This document shows, piece after piece, positions 9,790 through 21,109 of a stretch of 64,000 nt of DNA (positions are counted from its first letter, which is position 1; each line of letters begins with the position of its first letter). The notes under the pieces were generated by a model. That model saw nothing but the letters and a program-made list of their open reading frames with translations, did no database searches and had not been told where the DNA came from. Made by a program: the position numbers and the translations under genes. The stretch spans positions 32,001 to 96,000 of the forward strand of contig JBCCXZ010000002.1 of NCBI GenBank assembly GCA_039190745.1, given 5' to 3'. This DNA is from Planctomycetota bacterium (GTDB lineage: Bacteria > Planctomycetota > Planctomycetia > Pirellulales > Lacipirellulaceae).

Positions 9790-10935
9790 CTAGCGGAGCC
9801 TGCCTGGCGCGGCGAGTTCGGCGAGTTGCTCGATGGCTTCCTCCCGCCGACCGGCGTCGCAAGCCGTGAGGGCAGCGGCGAGCTGCTGCTCGTGGCGGGG
9901 CAGAAATGGGACCGCGGCGCCTGCCGCTGGCGGAGTCGGCACGAGCCGGCCAGCGATCTCTGCTAGCAGGCCCTCCAGCCCCCGACCGGTCAGTGCCGAC
10001 ACGATAACGCCCTTTCGATTGGAGGGGTCCGCGATCGCGAGGTCTCGTTTGTTCCAAACTTCAACGACCCGCGGCGGGTCTGCCGGCGGCGTCTCGGCTT
10101 CTGGAGAGCGGACGGTGAGATCGCGGACCCACAAGACGAGGTCTGCCTCCGCGACCGAAGCATGCGTGCGCCGGATGCCCTCCCGTTCGACCGGGTCAAC
10201 TTCAGCGCGCAAGCCGGCGGTGTCCGAGAGCCGCACGGGCCAGCCGTCGACGGCGGTGGTCTCACCAATCGCGTCCCGCGTCGTGCCGGGCTCGGGGTGC
10301 ACGATCGCGCGGCGGTAACCGACGATCGCGTTCAAGAGCGAGCTCTTCCCGGCGTTGGGCCTGCCCGCGAGCACCACACGCCAAGGCGTGGTCAGCCGGC
10401 ATCCCAGGGAGTAGCGGCCGTGCGTCTCGCGGAGCAAGGCGGCCGCAGACGGGAATTGGTCGTCTTGGATCCATGCCATCGCCCGGCGAGCCGCGTCATC
10501 GAGTGCCCCATGGAGCTGGTCGATTAGGACGCCCGCCGCCCGGAGCGTGAGGGCGCCGGCCAGTTCACGCCGGGCCTCCGACGCTACCAAAGAAACGCCG
10601 CTCAGCCGTTCGTCAGAAACCACGGTGCAGCCTGCCTCGGCCAAGTCGCCCATCACGCGGCCCACTGCGGCGGCTCCGCCGTGGCAATGCAGCTCCAGTT
10701 CGCTGGGGCCCCGGCGAGCGGCAATCACTTCCTCGCCGTGCGAGCCGCCCCAGCGGCCGAAGGCGATCCGACCGGCCGGCCATTCACGGGGAGGCTTGCC
10801 GCTGGCGGGGACGAAATGCGTTGCGACGGCGGCTTCGGCGCCAGGCCCCGAGATTCGGACCACCGCGACCGCACCCCTGCCCGGCGGGGTGACTTGCGAC
10901 GCAACCGTCGGCGTCCGACTGTCGCGTTGGTTCAT
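9790..10935 (-). CDS. MnmE/TrmE-like GTPase, shortened and lacking the C-terminal FC(I/V)GK motif
   Basis: TPPGRGAVAVVRISG and ELHCHGG (TrmE N-domain); GRPNAGKS, PGTTRD, DTAG, NKRD and SAL (G1-G5). Confidence 0.85.
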   Translation of the reverse strand: MNQRDSRTPTVASQVTPPGRGAVAVVRISGPGAEAAVATHFVPASGKPPREWPAGRIAFGRWGGSHGEEVIAARRGPSELELHCHGGAAAVGRVMGDLAEAGCTVVSDERLSGVSLVASEARRELAGALTLRAAGVLIDQLHGALDDAARRAMAWIQDDQFPSAAALLRETHGRYSLGCRLTTPWRVVLAGRPNAGKSSLLNAIVGYRRAIVHPEPGTTRDAIGETTAVDGWPVRLSDTAGLRAEVDPVEREGIRRTHASVAEADLVLWVRDLTVRSPEAETPPADPPRVVEVWNKRDLAIADPSNRKGVIVSALTGRGLEGLLAEIAGRLVPTPPAAGAAVPFLPRHEQQLAAALTACDAGRREEAIEQLAELAAPGRLR

Positions 10936-11767
10936 CGGTCGTTGGCCCAGGCGTGGTAGACGCCCGAGAGCACCATGTGCGGCACAAAACGGGCGGCGGG
11001 CAAGCAGCGAGCCAACCCGGCGCCGTCACCCCCGGTGACAAACACTTCGGGCGGTCCGGGCAGGCCTTCACCAAGCTTCGCCACAAGCTCGCGGAGCCCT
11101 CCGACCGAACCCCAGTACATACCCGACTCGATGGCTTGCCGCGTGTCTCGGCCGAGCGGTTCGGGGGGGCTTTCGGCGATGTCTGTTTCAATCAGCGGCA
11201 ATGCGGCTGCGCCCCGATGGAGCGATTCCGCGGCTATGCGGAGGCCGGGCAAGATGGCCCCGCCGAGGAACGCACCCTCGGCGGAGACTAAGTTCACGGT
11301 GATCGCCGTCCCGACGGTCGCCGCGATCGCGGCCCGTTGCGGGCGTTTCAATCGTGCGGCCACGGCGGCACACAGCAAGCGATCGATGCCGACCGAAGGC
11401 GGGTGGTCGACTTCGATCGGGATGCCGATCTCTTGGCCGTCCAGCGTCTGCGGGGGAGTTCCTAACAGCGGGGCGAGCAGTGTCTCGACCCGGCTCGCGG
11501 CCTCCGGGTAGACCGAAGCCACGAGCGTCTCGGCGCGGGGCAGCCCCGGCAAGCCGGTGAGCCATACCTGCACCGATGACTCGAAAGACGCCGCGCTGTG
11601 TGGGACTGCCAGGACGGCCTCGGGGGGACGCACGACCGGTGGAGCAATCGCCAGCGGTCCGCCGCTGGCGGCGGTTTCGCACTCGCCCCCGCCCGGGAAC
11701 CAACCGAACTTGACGAGGCTGTTGCCGATGTCGACGGCCAACAAGTCAGCGTGATTGCCTGTCGCGG

Positions 11768-11771
<4 letters not shown>
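10932..11771 (-). CDS. coaX: Type III pantothenate kinase
   Basis: AVDIGNS, GIDR, GTAIT, GGAILPG and TGGDG motifs. Confidence 0.92.
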
Positions 11772-12769
<998 letters not shown>

Positions 12770-12930
12770 TGGGTTGCGGCCCTGCCTGCCGGCGGCGGCC
12801 CTTGGGGTGTTGGCCGCTTCGGGTTTGTTGGCGGGCTCACTTTGCCAACCGGCTGGCAACGCGCAGCCGAGAACACGGAACCAGCTCGATACTCCGCTAG
12901 CGGGGGCGTCGCTTAGGCTCTCTGGACGAC

Positions 12931-13179
12931 TCAGGCGCTCTGGACAACGTTGATGCGCCGGCCCTTGCGGTCGAACATCACCTCGCCGTCGACAAGGGCG
13001 AACAGCGTGTAGTCTTTCCCCTGGCCCACGCCGGAACCTGGGTGGAACTTGTTGCCTACTTGGCGGATGAGGATGTTGCCCGCGGTGACCTTCTCGCCGC
13101 CGAAACGCTTGACGCCACGCCGCTGGGCATTCGAGTCGCGGCCGTTGCGGCTAGAGCCTTGTCCCTTCTTGTGGGCCAT
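12931..13179 (-). CDS. rpmA: 50S ribosomal protein L27
   Basis: [29 protein letters not shown]-terminus. Confidence 0.98.
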   Translation of the reverse strand: MAHKKGQGSSRNGRDSNAQRRGVKRFGGEKVTAGNILIRQVGNKFHPGSGVGQGKDYTLFALVDGEVMFDRKGRRINVVQSA

Positions 13180-13269
13180 GGGAGATCCCCGTTGTGTGAC
13201 GCTAAGGTTTAGTGTGACGCCGGTTGCGGATGTTACCGGCCGCCCGTCGCGGCGGCGGAACTCCACAGA

Positions 13270-14259
13270 TTAGCGGTACACCCAGCGGTACGCAACACCC
13301 TCGTCGCTGCTGTAGGCGTCTGCCCGGCCGAGGGGGGCCCCGAAGCGGATTTCCCGCTCGTCTTCGTCGATGTCGTCCCCGGGGCGCCAAAAGTTCAATT
13401 GCAGGGCCTTGCGGGTGAATGTGCGGCCCGTCCCGGGGGCATCGCCCGGCTGGAAAGCGCCCTCGGGGTTCTCGAACCGGTAGGCGTTCGTCAGGCCCGT
13501 GACGTAGACGGCGAAGAAGTCGATCCGCGGGTCGACATCCTCCCAGATGGCCACGCCCCACTCGCCGCCGACTGCTCTGCCGCTCTCGATAGGCAGGACT
13601 TGGTTGGCCATGCCGACGCTGTTCTGCAAGACGCCCCCGGGGAACTCCCGGTTCTCGATCGGCTGGTAGGCGGTGGGCACGACCCTGTCGAGGTACTCTT
13701 TGCCAAGTGGCTTGCCTTCGGCGTCCTCGTCGTGGCTGACCAAGACAAACTGGGGGATGAAGCGGAGCTCGCCCGGCGACTTCTGGGCCGTTGTGAAGGT
13801 GCCGTCCTCGGCCTGGGAGGGGCTCAAGCCGGCGCCGGTGTTCCGCACCCGGTAGACCAAGTACCAGAGGAGTTTCCGACGCATCTTGCCGTTGGGCTGG
13901 GGGACATCGACCTCGATCATCCGCATCGGTTTGAAAGCGAACTCGAGACACCAGATGTCGCGGCGGAAGCGAATCGTCTCGGCCTTGCCCAGCAGCGTGC
14001 GGGATTCTGCGCTGTGGTTGGGCGTCCAGCGGAAGTCGGGCTGTGCGAGGATCTCGACGAGGCTGTCCGTCTGCACCGTATCGGCAGGGTCGAGCTCGGG
14101 GGGAACGATCTCAAGCACGCCCGGCGCGAAGCGGCCGGCATTCTGACCGAGTGCCGGCGGCGCCAAAGCCGCCGTACAGGCTACGCCCGCGAGTACAGCA
14201 GCCGCTGTGACGAGCCTCGCGACTTTCGAAACGGCGGGGCTAGTGTGGGCTACGGGCAT
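13270..14259 (-). CDS. Hypothetical secreted protein
   Basis: Signal-peptide-like N-terminus; globular blocks WYLVYRVRN and GVAIWEDVDPRIDFFAVYVTGLTNAY. Start approximate. Confidence 0.8.
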   Translation of the reverse strand: MPVAHTSPAVSKVARLVTAAAVLAGVACTAALAPPALGQNAGRFAPGVLEIVPPELDPADTVQTDSLVEILAQPDFRWTPNHSAESRTLLGKAETIRFRRDIWCLEFAFKPMRMIEVDVPQPNGKMRRKLLWYLVYRVRNTGAGLSPSQAEDGTFTTAQKSPGELRFIPQFVLVSHDEDAEGKPLGKEYLDRVVPTAYQPIENREFPGGVLQNSVGMANQVLPIESGRAVGGEWGVAIWEDVDPRIDFFAVYVTGLTNAYRFENPEGAFQPGDAPGTGRTFTRKALQLNFWRPGDDIDEDEREIRFGAPLGRADAYSSDEGVAYRWVYR

Positions 14260-14540
14260 AGATTCGGCGAGGGGGTCGGAGGGTGCTGCTTGCGATCGGC
14301 GGATGAGAACCTGCTGCAAGCCAGTATAAATGCGGGGTTTCCGCCCGCAAAGCAAAACAGGCGGTTCGGGCAAGCCGGCGAGGGTCCCGCTGCGTCGGTC
14401 GTCAGCACCCGCAGAATCGGAACGTTCTACGCTGCCAGCGGGAGGTGGGGCGACCATCCAATGGCCCAGAAGACAAGAAAGGCGGCGGCCCGGAGCCTTG
14501 CCGAGCCGCAGCCTTATGGAACTCTCAGACACCGCGAAGG

Positions 14541-15332
14541 CTACTCGTTGGCGCCTTTGTTCATCCCGAACATGCCGACGATGGCGGCCCCGATGACCAT
14601 CAGCAGGACGCCGGTCGGCTCGGGGATCTCGTTGTCTTCGGCCTCTCGGGTCGTGACGCGGATGTTCAGGTTGTCTTTACTCGCCGAGGCTTGGGTGCCG
14701 GAGCCCTCGGTGGCCGCGAACAGGTTGTTGCTCACCGTGAGGGCGACCTTGGTGACCTCGCCGTCGGGGTCAAAATCGCCCGCACCGGTCCACTGCTCGG
14801 TGAACGAAATCTCACCGGCGGAGTCGACCGAGTGCTGGAAGATGTTGTCCGGTAGAAAGTCGAGGAACAGCGAGTCGGCTGGGACCGCGACCGGGCCGCC
14901 AGCGACCTCGAGGACGCTGAGGACGGCGAACGACTCAACCTTGGTGAGGGCGTCTCCGCTGAACGCGACGGTCAGCGTGGAGAACCCGACTTCGGTGATC
15001 TCGATCGTGTCAATCACAAAGCCCGGCTTAGCCTCGATGGTCAGTGCGAGCTGGCCGTCGGTCTGGTCGGAAGCGCCGCCATCAAGAGACGCGGCGGAGA
15101 AGCTCGCGTTTGGAGAGAAGTCGAGGGCGTCGCCGGCCAGTGTGGGGCCGCCGAACAGAGGGACGACGTCGCCGGGTGCGGCGCTCTCGACGATGTCGGA
15201 AAAGACAACCGTGGAGCCCATGACGTCGGGGTACGACATCGAAGCACGGGCGGCGGGGTTGAGCGCCAAGGCGGCGCACACAGCAGGCAGGGCAGCAGCG
15301 AGGCACGCGGTGCAGAATCTTGTTCGTCTCAT
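14541..15332 (-). CDS. PEP-CTERM sorting-domain surface protein
   Basis: Signal peptide, acidic Ser/Thr/Gly-rich body, C-terminal IPEPTGVLLMVIGAAIVGMFG + K tail. Confidence 0.88.
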   Translation of the reverse strand: MRRTRFCTACLAAALPAVCAALALNPAARASMSYPDVMGSTVVFSDIVESAAPGDVVPLFGGPTLAGDALDFSPNASFSAASLDGGASDQTDGQLALTIEAKPGFVIDTIEITEVGFSTLTVAFSGDALTKVESFAVLSVLEVAGGPVAVPADSLFLDFLPDNIFQHSVDSAGEISFTEQWTGAGDFDPDGEVTKVALTVSNNLFAATEGSGTQASASKDNLNIRVTTREAEDNEIPEPTGVLLMVIGAAIVGMFGMNKGANE

Positions 15333-16090
15333 GGGATCTCTTCTCGGGTGGTGGTGGGTCAGCCGCCTACAGCTGATCTCGCTCGGCAGGAGACGCGCCG
15401 CGGCATTCATTGCCACGACACCGTCGGTTTCAGCCCCCGTCCCGGGGGGGCACAAAAAAACGGCTGCCGGAAAAGCACTGCAGGCCCAACGCGATTGCCG
15501 CGGGGGAAAGAGTGGGTTTCCGGTCGCCGTTTCTGGATTAGCGTTACTCGCGGGGTGCTAACGGGAGGGCGTTAGGCTGTGGGTCTTGCAGTGGAATTAA
15601 GCGTGGTTTGCGGGGCGTAATTTGCGGGCTCTTGCCGTGGTCCTCGTGGTCGGTACACCGCAATGAGTCCACAAAGAGTCCACAAAAAAAGCGACTCCCA
15701 CATACCTTCTCTCGGAGCAGGAACGGACGATTCCTGTCGCAAAAAAAGGGTTGTGAGAGCCGCTCTGTTATTAGCGTTACCAGCGTGTTCGGGTGGGACG
15801 CAGCCGCGTGGTGCAACGGTCTGCGCAACCGAAAGCTAGACGGCAAAAACCACCTAGATCCTTCCAGCCGTCGAGCAAGTTACCAGCCTACGCAGGGCGG
15901 TCAAGCGCTGTTCTGACAAACAAGGTGAGATAATCCAGATTTTCAGGCCAACCACTGAAAGCTCTGCCTGCAGGTGTTGGCGGCGAGTGGCTAAGGGCCA
16001 TCGGAAAGCCGCGGGCCTCGAGGCGAAGCTGGCGCCCCGCCCCGAGGTGGTTGTGTCCTGACGCGGCTGAGATCGGCCCCGGAGGGGTAC

Positions 16091-16864
16091 TCAGAACTCC
16101 TCTTCTCGTTCTTCTCGTTCTTCTTCGGGGGCTCGTTCGTCAAATTCCGGGCGGGGCGGGCGACGGCCTTCGTCCGGACGGCGACGGGGTCCTCGGCGGT
16201 ACTCACCCCGCGGGGGCGGGCCACGCCGCTCGTCTTCGGAGAACTCGCCCCGTGGCGGGCGCGGGCGGTCGAAATCGGGGCGGGGCCCCCTCGGAGGGCC
16301 GGGGGGGCCCGGACGGAAATCGCCACGGCGTTGCGGCAGCGGGCCGAAGCCACGGTCGCCGCCACTCTGAGGGCCGCCCCTACGGGCGCCTTGGCCTTCC
16401 ATACGCTCACGCCTGGCCCGCATGCTGTCGGCTAGTTCCCGGAATTCTTCGAGGTTCAGCTCGCCGTTGCCATCGGCGTCGAATCGGTTGAAGAGCTCTT
16501 CGGGCCGCGGCGGTCGGCGACCTTCCTGACCGCGTTGGCCCCGCGAACCACGGCCTTCGGGGCCACGCCCCTCAAAACCACGGTCGCCGCGCTCCGGCCC
16601 TCGTGCCCGCCCTTTGCCCTGGCCGCGGCCCTCGCCGCGACCGCTTCGGCCGTCGCGTTGCATGCGTTCTCTGGCCGCACGCGCCTCGGCTCGTTCGTCT
16701 TCGCTGAGCTGGCCGTCGCCGTCGGCGTCGAACCGCTGCAGGATCCGCTCTCGCATCTGGGCTCGGCCGGGCTTGGCGCCCTGGGAGTCTGCCGGGGCCT
16801 CCTCGGCGGCTGCCGGCCCGCCGATCATCAGGGCCACTACCGCGGCCGCTAGGTACGTTCTCAT
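16091..16864 (-). CDS. Secreted EF-hand protein with Arg/Gly/Pro low-complexity regions
   Basis: Signal peptide; EF-hand loops DADGDGQLSEDE and DADGNGELNLEE. Confidence 0.88.
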   Translation of the reverse strand: MRTYLAAAVVALMIGGPAAAEEAPADSQGAKPGRAQMRERILQRFDADGDGQLSEDERAEARAARERMQRDGRSGRGEGRGQGKGRARGPERGDRGFEGRGPEGRGSRGQRGQEGRRPPRPEELFNRFDADGNGELNLEEFRELADSMRARRERMEGQGARRGGPQSGGDRGFGPLPQRRGDFRPGPPGPPRGPRPDFDRPRPPRGEFSEDERRGPPPRGEYRRGPRRRPDEGRRPPRPEFDERAPEEEREEREEEF

Positions 16865-17136
16865 CGTTCTGCCTCCTGTTTAGAAATCTGGCTTGTCGCC
16901 TGGGTCTTTCAGTCTGTGGAGCCCCGATTATCGTGGCCCTGTTAGATTCAACTCCGGCCGAGCCCCGAAGTTCCGCGGCTACCCGCCAACCGGATCGACT
17001 CCGGCGTAAAGCATTTTCACAGCAGAAGTTCTGGCCGAGTGCGGTCTGTGCCCTCCGGCGATCCTCGACGTACAATACGGCCGCTGCCAGCACCCTCCCG
17101 GATAGTCCCGCCGCCCCCAGAACACCGGCCAACACT

Positions 17137-19014
17137 TTGACACCCGCTCTGTACATGGCGTCGGTTCTAGCCCTGGGCGTCTTCGCCCAGTGGATCGCGT
17201 GGCGGCTGAAGCTGCCCGCGATCGTGCTGCTGCTTGCCTTCGGATTGGCCTTGGGCCAGATCGACGGGGGCGACGATTCCGCCCAGACAAACGATTCGTT
17301 CTTCGCGATGGTTTCGCTCGCTGTGGGGATCATCCTCTTCGAGGGCGGCCTCACGCTAAACTTCCGCGAGATCCGCGAGACCCGAGGGGTCGTGCTCCGG
17401 CTGGTGACGGTGGGGCTGCTCATCAGTTGGGTGCTCGCCTCGGTGCTGGCGTACTACGTGGCGGGGTTCTCGCTGCGGATGGCGGTGCTGCTGGGCGCTT
17501 TGCTAACGGTGAGCGGTCCGACGGTCATCCTGCCGCTGCTGCGGCATGTGCAACCGGTCCGGCGCGTCGGGTCGCTCGCCAAGTGGGAGGGCGTGATCAA
17601 CGACCCCATCGGGGCGGTCCTCGCGGCGCTGGTCTTCGAGGTGGTGCTCCACGGCGCTCACGAAAAGGTTGCAGAGACTTCTATCTACTCGCTCGGGGTT
17701 ACTCTGCTCGTGGCGCTGAGCTTGTGCGCCGTCACGGCTTGGGCCCTGCTGCTCTGCCTGCGTCGGTACTGGGTTCCAGACTTCCTGCAGAACCCGCTGA
17801 TCCTTGGCCTGGTGCTGGTGGTCTACGCGCTCTCGAACTCGATCCAGCCCGAATCGGGTCTGGTGACCGTTACGGTGCTGGGCCTCGTACTGGCCAACCA
17901 GAGCAAGGTCAAGCTGCAACACGTCGTAGCCTTCAAGGAGAACCTCCGCGTCCTGCTGATTTCGACGCTGTTCATCGTGCTGGCCTCGCGGCTGGAGTTG
18001 GGCTCCGCGGCCTTGGCCTCGGTGGGCTGGCGTGTGCCGCTGTTTGTCGCGCTGCTGATCCTGCTGGTCCGACCGGTGGCCGTATTCCTCTCGACCATCG
18101 GCAGCCCGTTGGACTTGCGCGAACGAGCGTTCCTGGCTTGGATCCACCCGCGGGGCATCGTCGCCGCTGCGGTGAGCTCGTTGTTCGCTCTGGAGATTAC
18201 CAAGTCGCTCGGGCCCGAAGACCCGCTGAGCCAGGAAGCCGACCTGTTTGTGCTCACCACGTTCATGGTGATCGTGGGCACGGTGTTGGTGTACGGACTG
18301 ACGCTGGCCCCCCTGGCCCGACGGCTGGGCGTTTCCGGAGAAAACCCGCAGGGCATCCTGTTCGCCGGGGCCTCGCCCGCGGTGCGTGAGATCGCCAATG
18401 CCGTGCAGGTCGAGGGGTACTCGGTGCTGCTGGTGGACACCAATCCGCGGAACATTGCCGCGGCCCGGATGGCCGGCCTGCCGGTCTCGTACGCGAGCAT
18501 CGGCAGCGAGTTTGTCCACGAAGAGGTCGACCTGGGCGGCATCGGACGCCTCCTGGCGATGACGCCCAACGACGAGGTGAACACCCTCGCCGCGATGGGC
18601 CTCTCCGAGCGCTTTGGCTGGGCCGAGGTCTATCAAGTAGCCTTTGACGGAACAAAGAACGAGAAGCGGCAGAACGTGGGGGCGTACCGGAAGGCCCGGA
18701 TCCTGTTCGCCCAGCCGACGACGGTTTCCGAGTTGGAGAAGCGCCTGAAGAACGGCTCGGTCGTTAAGAAGACGACGATCAGCGAAGACTTCACGATGGA
18801 CGACTTCCGCGCCCGCTACGGCGAGACGGCCGTGCCGCTATTCACCATGTCGGAAGGCGGCGAGTTGGTCGTGGCGACCAGCGACCGTGAGGTCTCCGCG
18901 AAGGCGGGTCAGAAGCTCATCGCGCTCGTCGACGAGGCCGAGGGCTCGGGTATCAGGAAGATGCGGGCGGAACCAGACGGAACAACAGCCGAGTCGGGCG
19001 GCGAGCCGACATGA
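17137..19014 (+). CDS. CPA1 (NhaP-like) cation:proton antiporter with C-terminal TrkA-N/RCK-like domain
   Basis: GIILFEGGL, VSGPTV, WEGVINDPIG and PRGIVAAAVS motifs, many TM helices, then VLLVDTN...LLAMTPNDEVN. TTG start approximate. Confidence 0.92.
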   Translation: MTPALYMASVLALGVFAQWIAWRLKLPAIVLLLAFGLALGQIDGGDDSAQTNDSFFAMVSLAVGIILFEGGLTLNFREIRETRGVVLRLVTVGLLISWVLASVLAYYVAGFSLRMAVLLGALLTVSGPTVILPLLRHVQPVRRVGSLAKWEGVINDPIGAVLAALVFEVVLHGAHEKVAETSIYSLGVTLLVALSLCAVTAWALLLCLRRYWVPDFLQNPLILGLVLVVYALSNSIQPESGLVTVTVLGLVLANQSKVKLQHVVAFKENLRVLLISTLFIVLASRLELGSAALASVGWRVPLFVALLILLVRPVAVFLSTIGSPLDLRERAFLAWIHPRGIVAAAVSSLFALEITKSLGPEDPLSQEADLFVLTTFMVIVGTVLVYGLTLAPLARRLGVSGENPQGILFAGASPAVREIANAVQVEGYSVLLVDTNPRNIAAARMAGLPVSYASIGSEFVHEEVDLGGIGRLLAMTPNDEVNTLAAMGLSERFGWAEVYQVAFDGTKNEKRQNVGAYRKARILFAQPTTVSELEKRLKNGSVVKKTTISEDFTMDDFRARYGETAVPLFTMSEGGELVVATSDREVSAKAGQKLIALVDEAEGSGIRKMRAEPDGTTAESGGEPT

Positions 19015-19795
19015 GCTCTTTCGTGTCGCGGTATCGCTTCTGGGGGACTAGGTGTGCGTTGACCGCGAGCACCATTGGCTTGAGGTACCGCCAAGGACGC
19101 ACCTCGACGGTCGCCTGCTGCAGCGTCACTTGCGATGCTGTCTCGCTCGACCGCTGAGCCGACAAGACGACGCCCCGCTCGTCGCTGACGGTGTACGGTT
19201 CAGGCCAGCTCTCCCGCACTTCGCCGCCGATCGGAGCACGCAGGCACAGCCAAAGACTCATCAAGTCGTAATCTTGCAACCAGTGCAGCGCTTCCTCGGG
19301 GATCCATGAATCGACCTGCCCGGGGTGCTGGTCGTACCACTGCTCCCGCCACTCGTCGCGGAGCGGCTCGTACTTCTTCAGCCAGGCCTCCGCTGCGGGC
19401 GTCGATTTCTCTCTCGATCGCTCCAGTAATGCCAAGAAGTGGCTCGACACCATGAACGCCGCGAGCGGGCCGAGCCGCTCCGCTTCATCAGCGCAGCCGG
19501 TCCAGATTTCGATCGCATCGTCTTGCGGCATCTCGGTGAACGCGGGGGGCCTCCCCTCGTCGTCGAGCCCCGGCCAAGCCTCCCACTGCGCCCAGCCGTC
19601 GTCGTGCCGCACAATCGTGCGGACGATTTCCGCGCGGGCGCGGACGATCGGCTCGGAGGAGTCGTCCTGGAATCGGCTGGGGAAGTGCCTGATCGCCGCG
19701 GCCGCGAGCTCGCCGCTGATGCGGGCGTGCTCGAGCTGCGAGATGAGCAGCCATTGGAGCTCTTCGCCGGGGAACTGAATCTCACGCCGGATCAT
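18953..19795 (-). CDS. DUF3891-like (HD-fold-like) protein
   Basis: LISQLEHARISGELA, RHDDGW, SSHF and DLMSLWLC motifs. 3' end overlaps the antiporter 3' end by 62 nt. Confidence 0.75.
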   Translation of the reverse strand: MIRREIQFPGEELQWLLISQLEHARISGELAAAAIRHFPSRFQDDSSEPIVRARAEIVRTIVRHDDGWAQWEAWPGLDDEGRPPAFTEMPQDDAIEIWTGCADEAERLGPLAAFMVSSHFLALLERSREKSTPAAEAWLKKYEPLRDEWREQWYDQHPGQVDSWIPEEALHWLQDYDLMSLWLCLRAPIGGEVRESWPEPYTVSDERGVVLSAQRSSETASQVTLQQATVEVRPWRYLKPMVLAVNAHLVPQKRYRDTKELMSARRPTRLLFRLVPPASS

Positions 19796-19820
19796 CTTGG
19801 AAAGCTCTCTGTGGGCGCAC

Positions 19821-19854
19821 AAAAAAAACGCCGGCGGCCGCGGCCGCCGGCGTT
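19821..19854 (-). terminator. Rho-independent terminator after fba
   Basis: Palindrome AACGCCGGCGGCCGCGGCCGCCGGCGTT followed by a T-run on the minus strand. Confidence 0.85.
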
Positions 19855-19876
19855 CGGTTCTGGTACCGGTTCGCAG

Positions 19877-20920
19877 TTACACCACGGCGTAGTAGCTGGT
19901 GAACTGGTCGATCGAGACACACTCGATCTTGCCGGCGTTGCCCGCTTGGCCGAAAGCGGTCATGCGGGCGATGCAGACGTCTTTCATCGCGGCGCGGGCC
20001 GGCTTCAAATAGTCGCGGGGGTCGAACTTCTCGGGCGACTCGGCGAACACCTTGCGGATGGCACCGGTGATGGCCAGGCGGTTGTCGGTGTCGACGTTCA
20101 CCTTGCGGACGCCGTGCTGGATGCCGCGCTGGATCTCTTCGACCGGCACGCCCCAGGTCTGCTTCAGCTCACCGCCGTTCTGGTTGATGATGTCTTGCAA
20201 CTCCTGCGGGACCGAGCTGCTGCCGTGCATCACCAGGTGACAGTTGGGCAGGCGGCGGTGGATTTCTTCGATGCGGTCCATGGCGAGCACCTCGCCGGTG
20301 GGGGCGGAGGTGAACTTGTAGGCGCCGTGGCTGGTGCCGATGGCCACCGCGAGGGCGTCGCACCCGGTTTCGGCAACGAAGCGCTCGGCCTCTTCAGGGT
20401 CGGTGAGCAGCTGGTCGTGCGACAAGGTGCCGGTGGCGCCGTGGCCGTCTTCCTGCTCGCCGCCGCCGGTTTCTAGCGACCCGAGGCAGCCCAATTCGCC
20501 CTCAACCGAAACGCCCTTCGCGTGGGCTAGTTCGACGACCTTCTTGGTGACGACCACGTTGTAGTCGAAGTCCGCCGGGGTCTTGCCGTCTTCCTTCAGC
20601 GAGCCGTCCATCATCACGCTCGTGAAGCCGTTCTCGATCGCGCTCTGGCAGGTCTCAGGGCTGTTGCCGTGGTCCTGGTGCATGGCGATCGGGATTTTCG
20701 GGTAGAGCTCCGAGGCGGCGAGCATCAGGTGCCGCAGGTACGAGTCCTGAGAGTACTTCCGGGCGCCGCGGCTGGCCTGCACGATGACCGGCGACTCGGT
20801 CTCCTCGGCGGCTTCCATGATCGACTGGATCTGCTCCATGTTGTTGACGTTGAAGGCGGCCAAGCCGTAGTTGTTTTCAGCGGCGTGGTCGAGCAGCAAC
20901 CGCATGGGGACCAGTGGCAT
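19877..20920 (-). CDS. fba: Class II fructose-bisphosphate aldolase
   Basis: [37 protein letters not shown] and KVNVDTD motifs. Confidence 0.97.
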   Translation of the reverse strand: MPLVPMRLLLDHAAENNYGLAAFNVNNMEQIQSIMEAAEETESPVIVQASRGARKYSQDSYLRHLMLAASELYPKIPIAMHQDHGNSPETCQSAIENGFTSVMMDGSLKEDGKTPADFDYNVVVTKKVVELAHAKGVSVEGELGCLGSLETGGGEQEDGHGATGTLSHDQLLTDPEEAERFVAETGCDALAVAIGTSHGAYKFTSAPTGEVLAMDRIEEIHRRLPNCHLVMHGSSSVPQELQDIINQNGGELKQTWGVPVEEIQRGIQHGVRKVNVDTDNRLAITGAIRKVFAESPEKFDPRDYLKPARAAMKDVCIARMTAFGQAGNAGKIECVSIDQFTSYYAVV

Positions 20921-21109
20921 GGGAGGGGCTCCTTCGGAGTTCGGTATCGGTCGGCGTCGACGGTAGACGGCCGGTGGATCTTAGAGATTGATTAATGAGG
21001 GGCTTCGTACCGCTCTACGCACGCGGCCGACAACCGTCAGGCCCCGCAGAATACCAGATTTGGGCGGCCTGCGGAACGGTCCGCCCAGCGAGCTGGGGGA
21101 GCCGAGGGT

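Noticed and set aside
13399..15561. 720-aa plus-strand ORF
   Set aside because: Antisense shadow of two well-formed minus-strand genes; high GC suppresses stop codons and no motifs are present.
15665..15690. DnaA boxes / oriC
   Set aside because: GAGTCCACA differs from TTATCCACA at three positions, there are only two copies, and no dnaA context is present.
18953..19014. 62-nt convergent overlap of the antiporter and DUF3891-like gene
   Set aside because: Short 3' overlaps of tail regions are common in GC-rich genomes; no sign of special function.
19877..20920. CbbA-like aldolase as evidence of a Calvin cycle
   Set aside because: No RuBisCO or PRK genes nearby; this aldolase subtype also serves central metabolism in heterotrophs.
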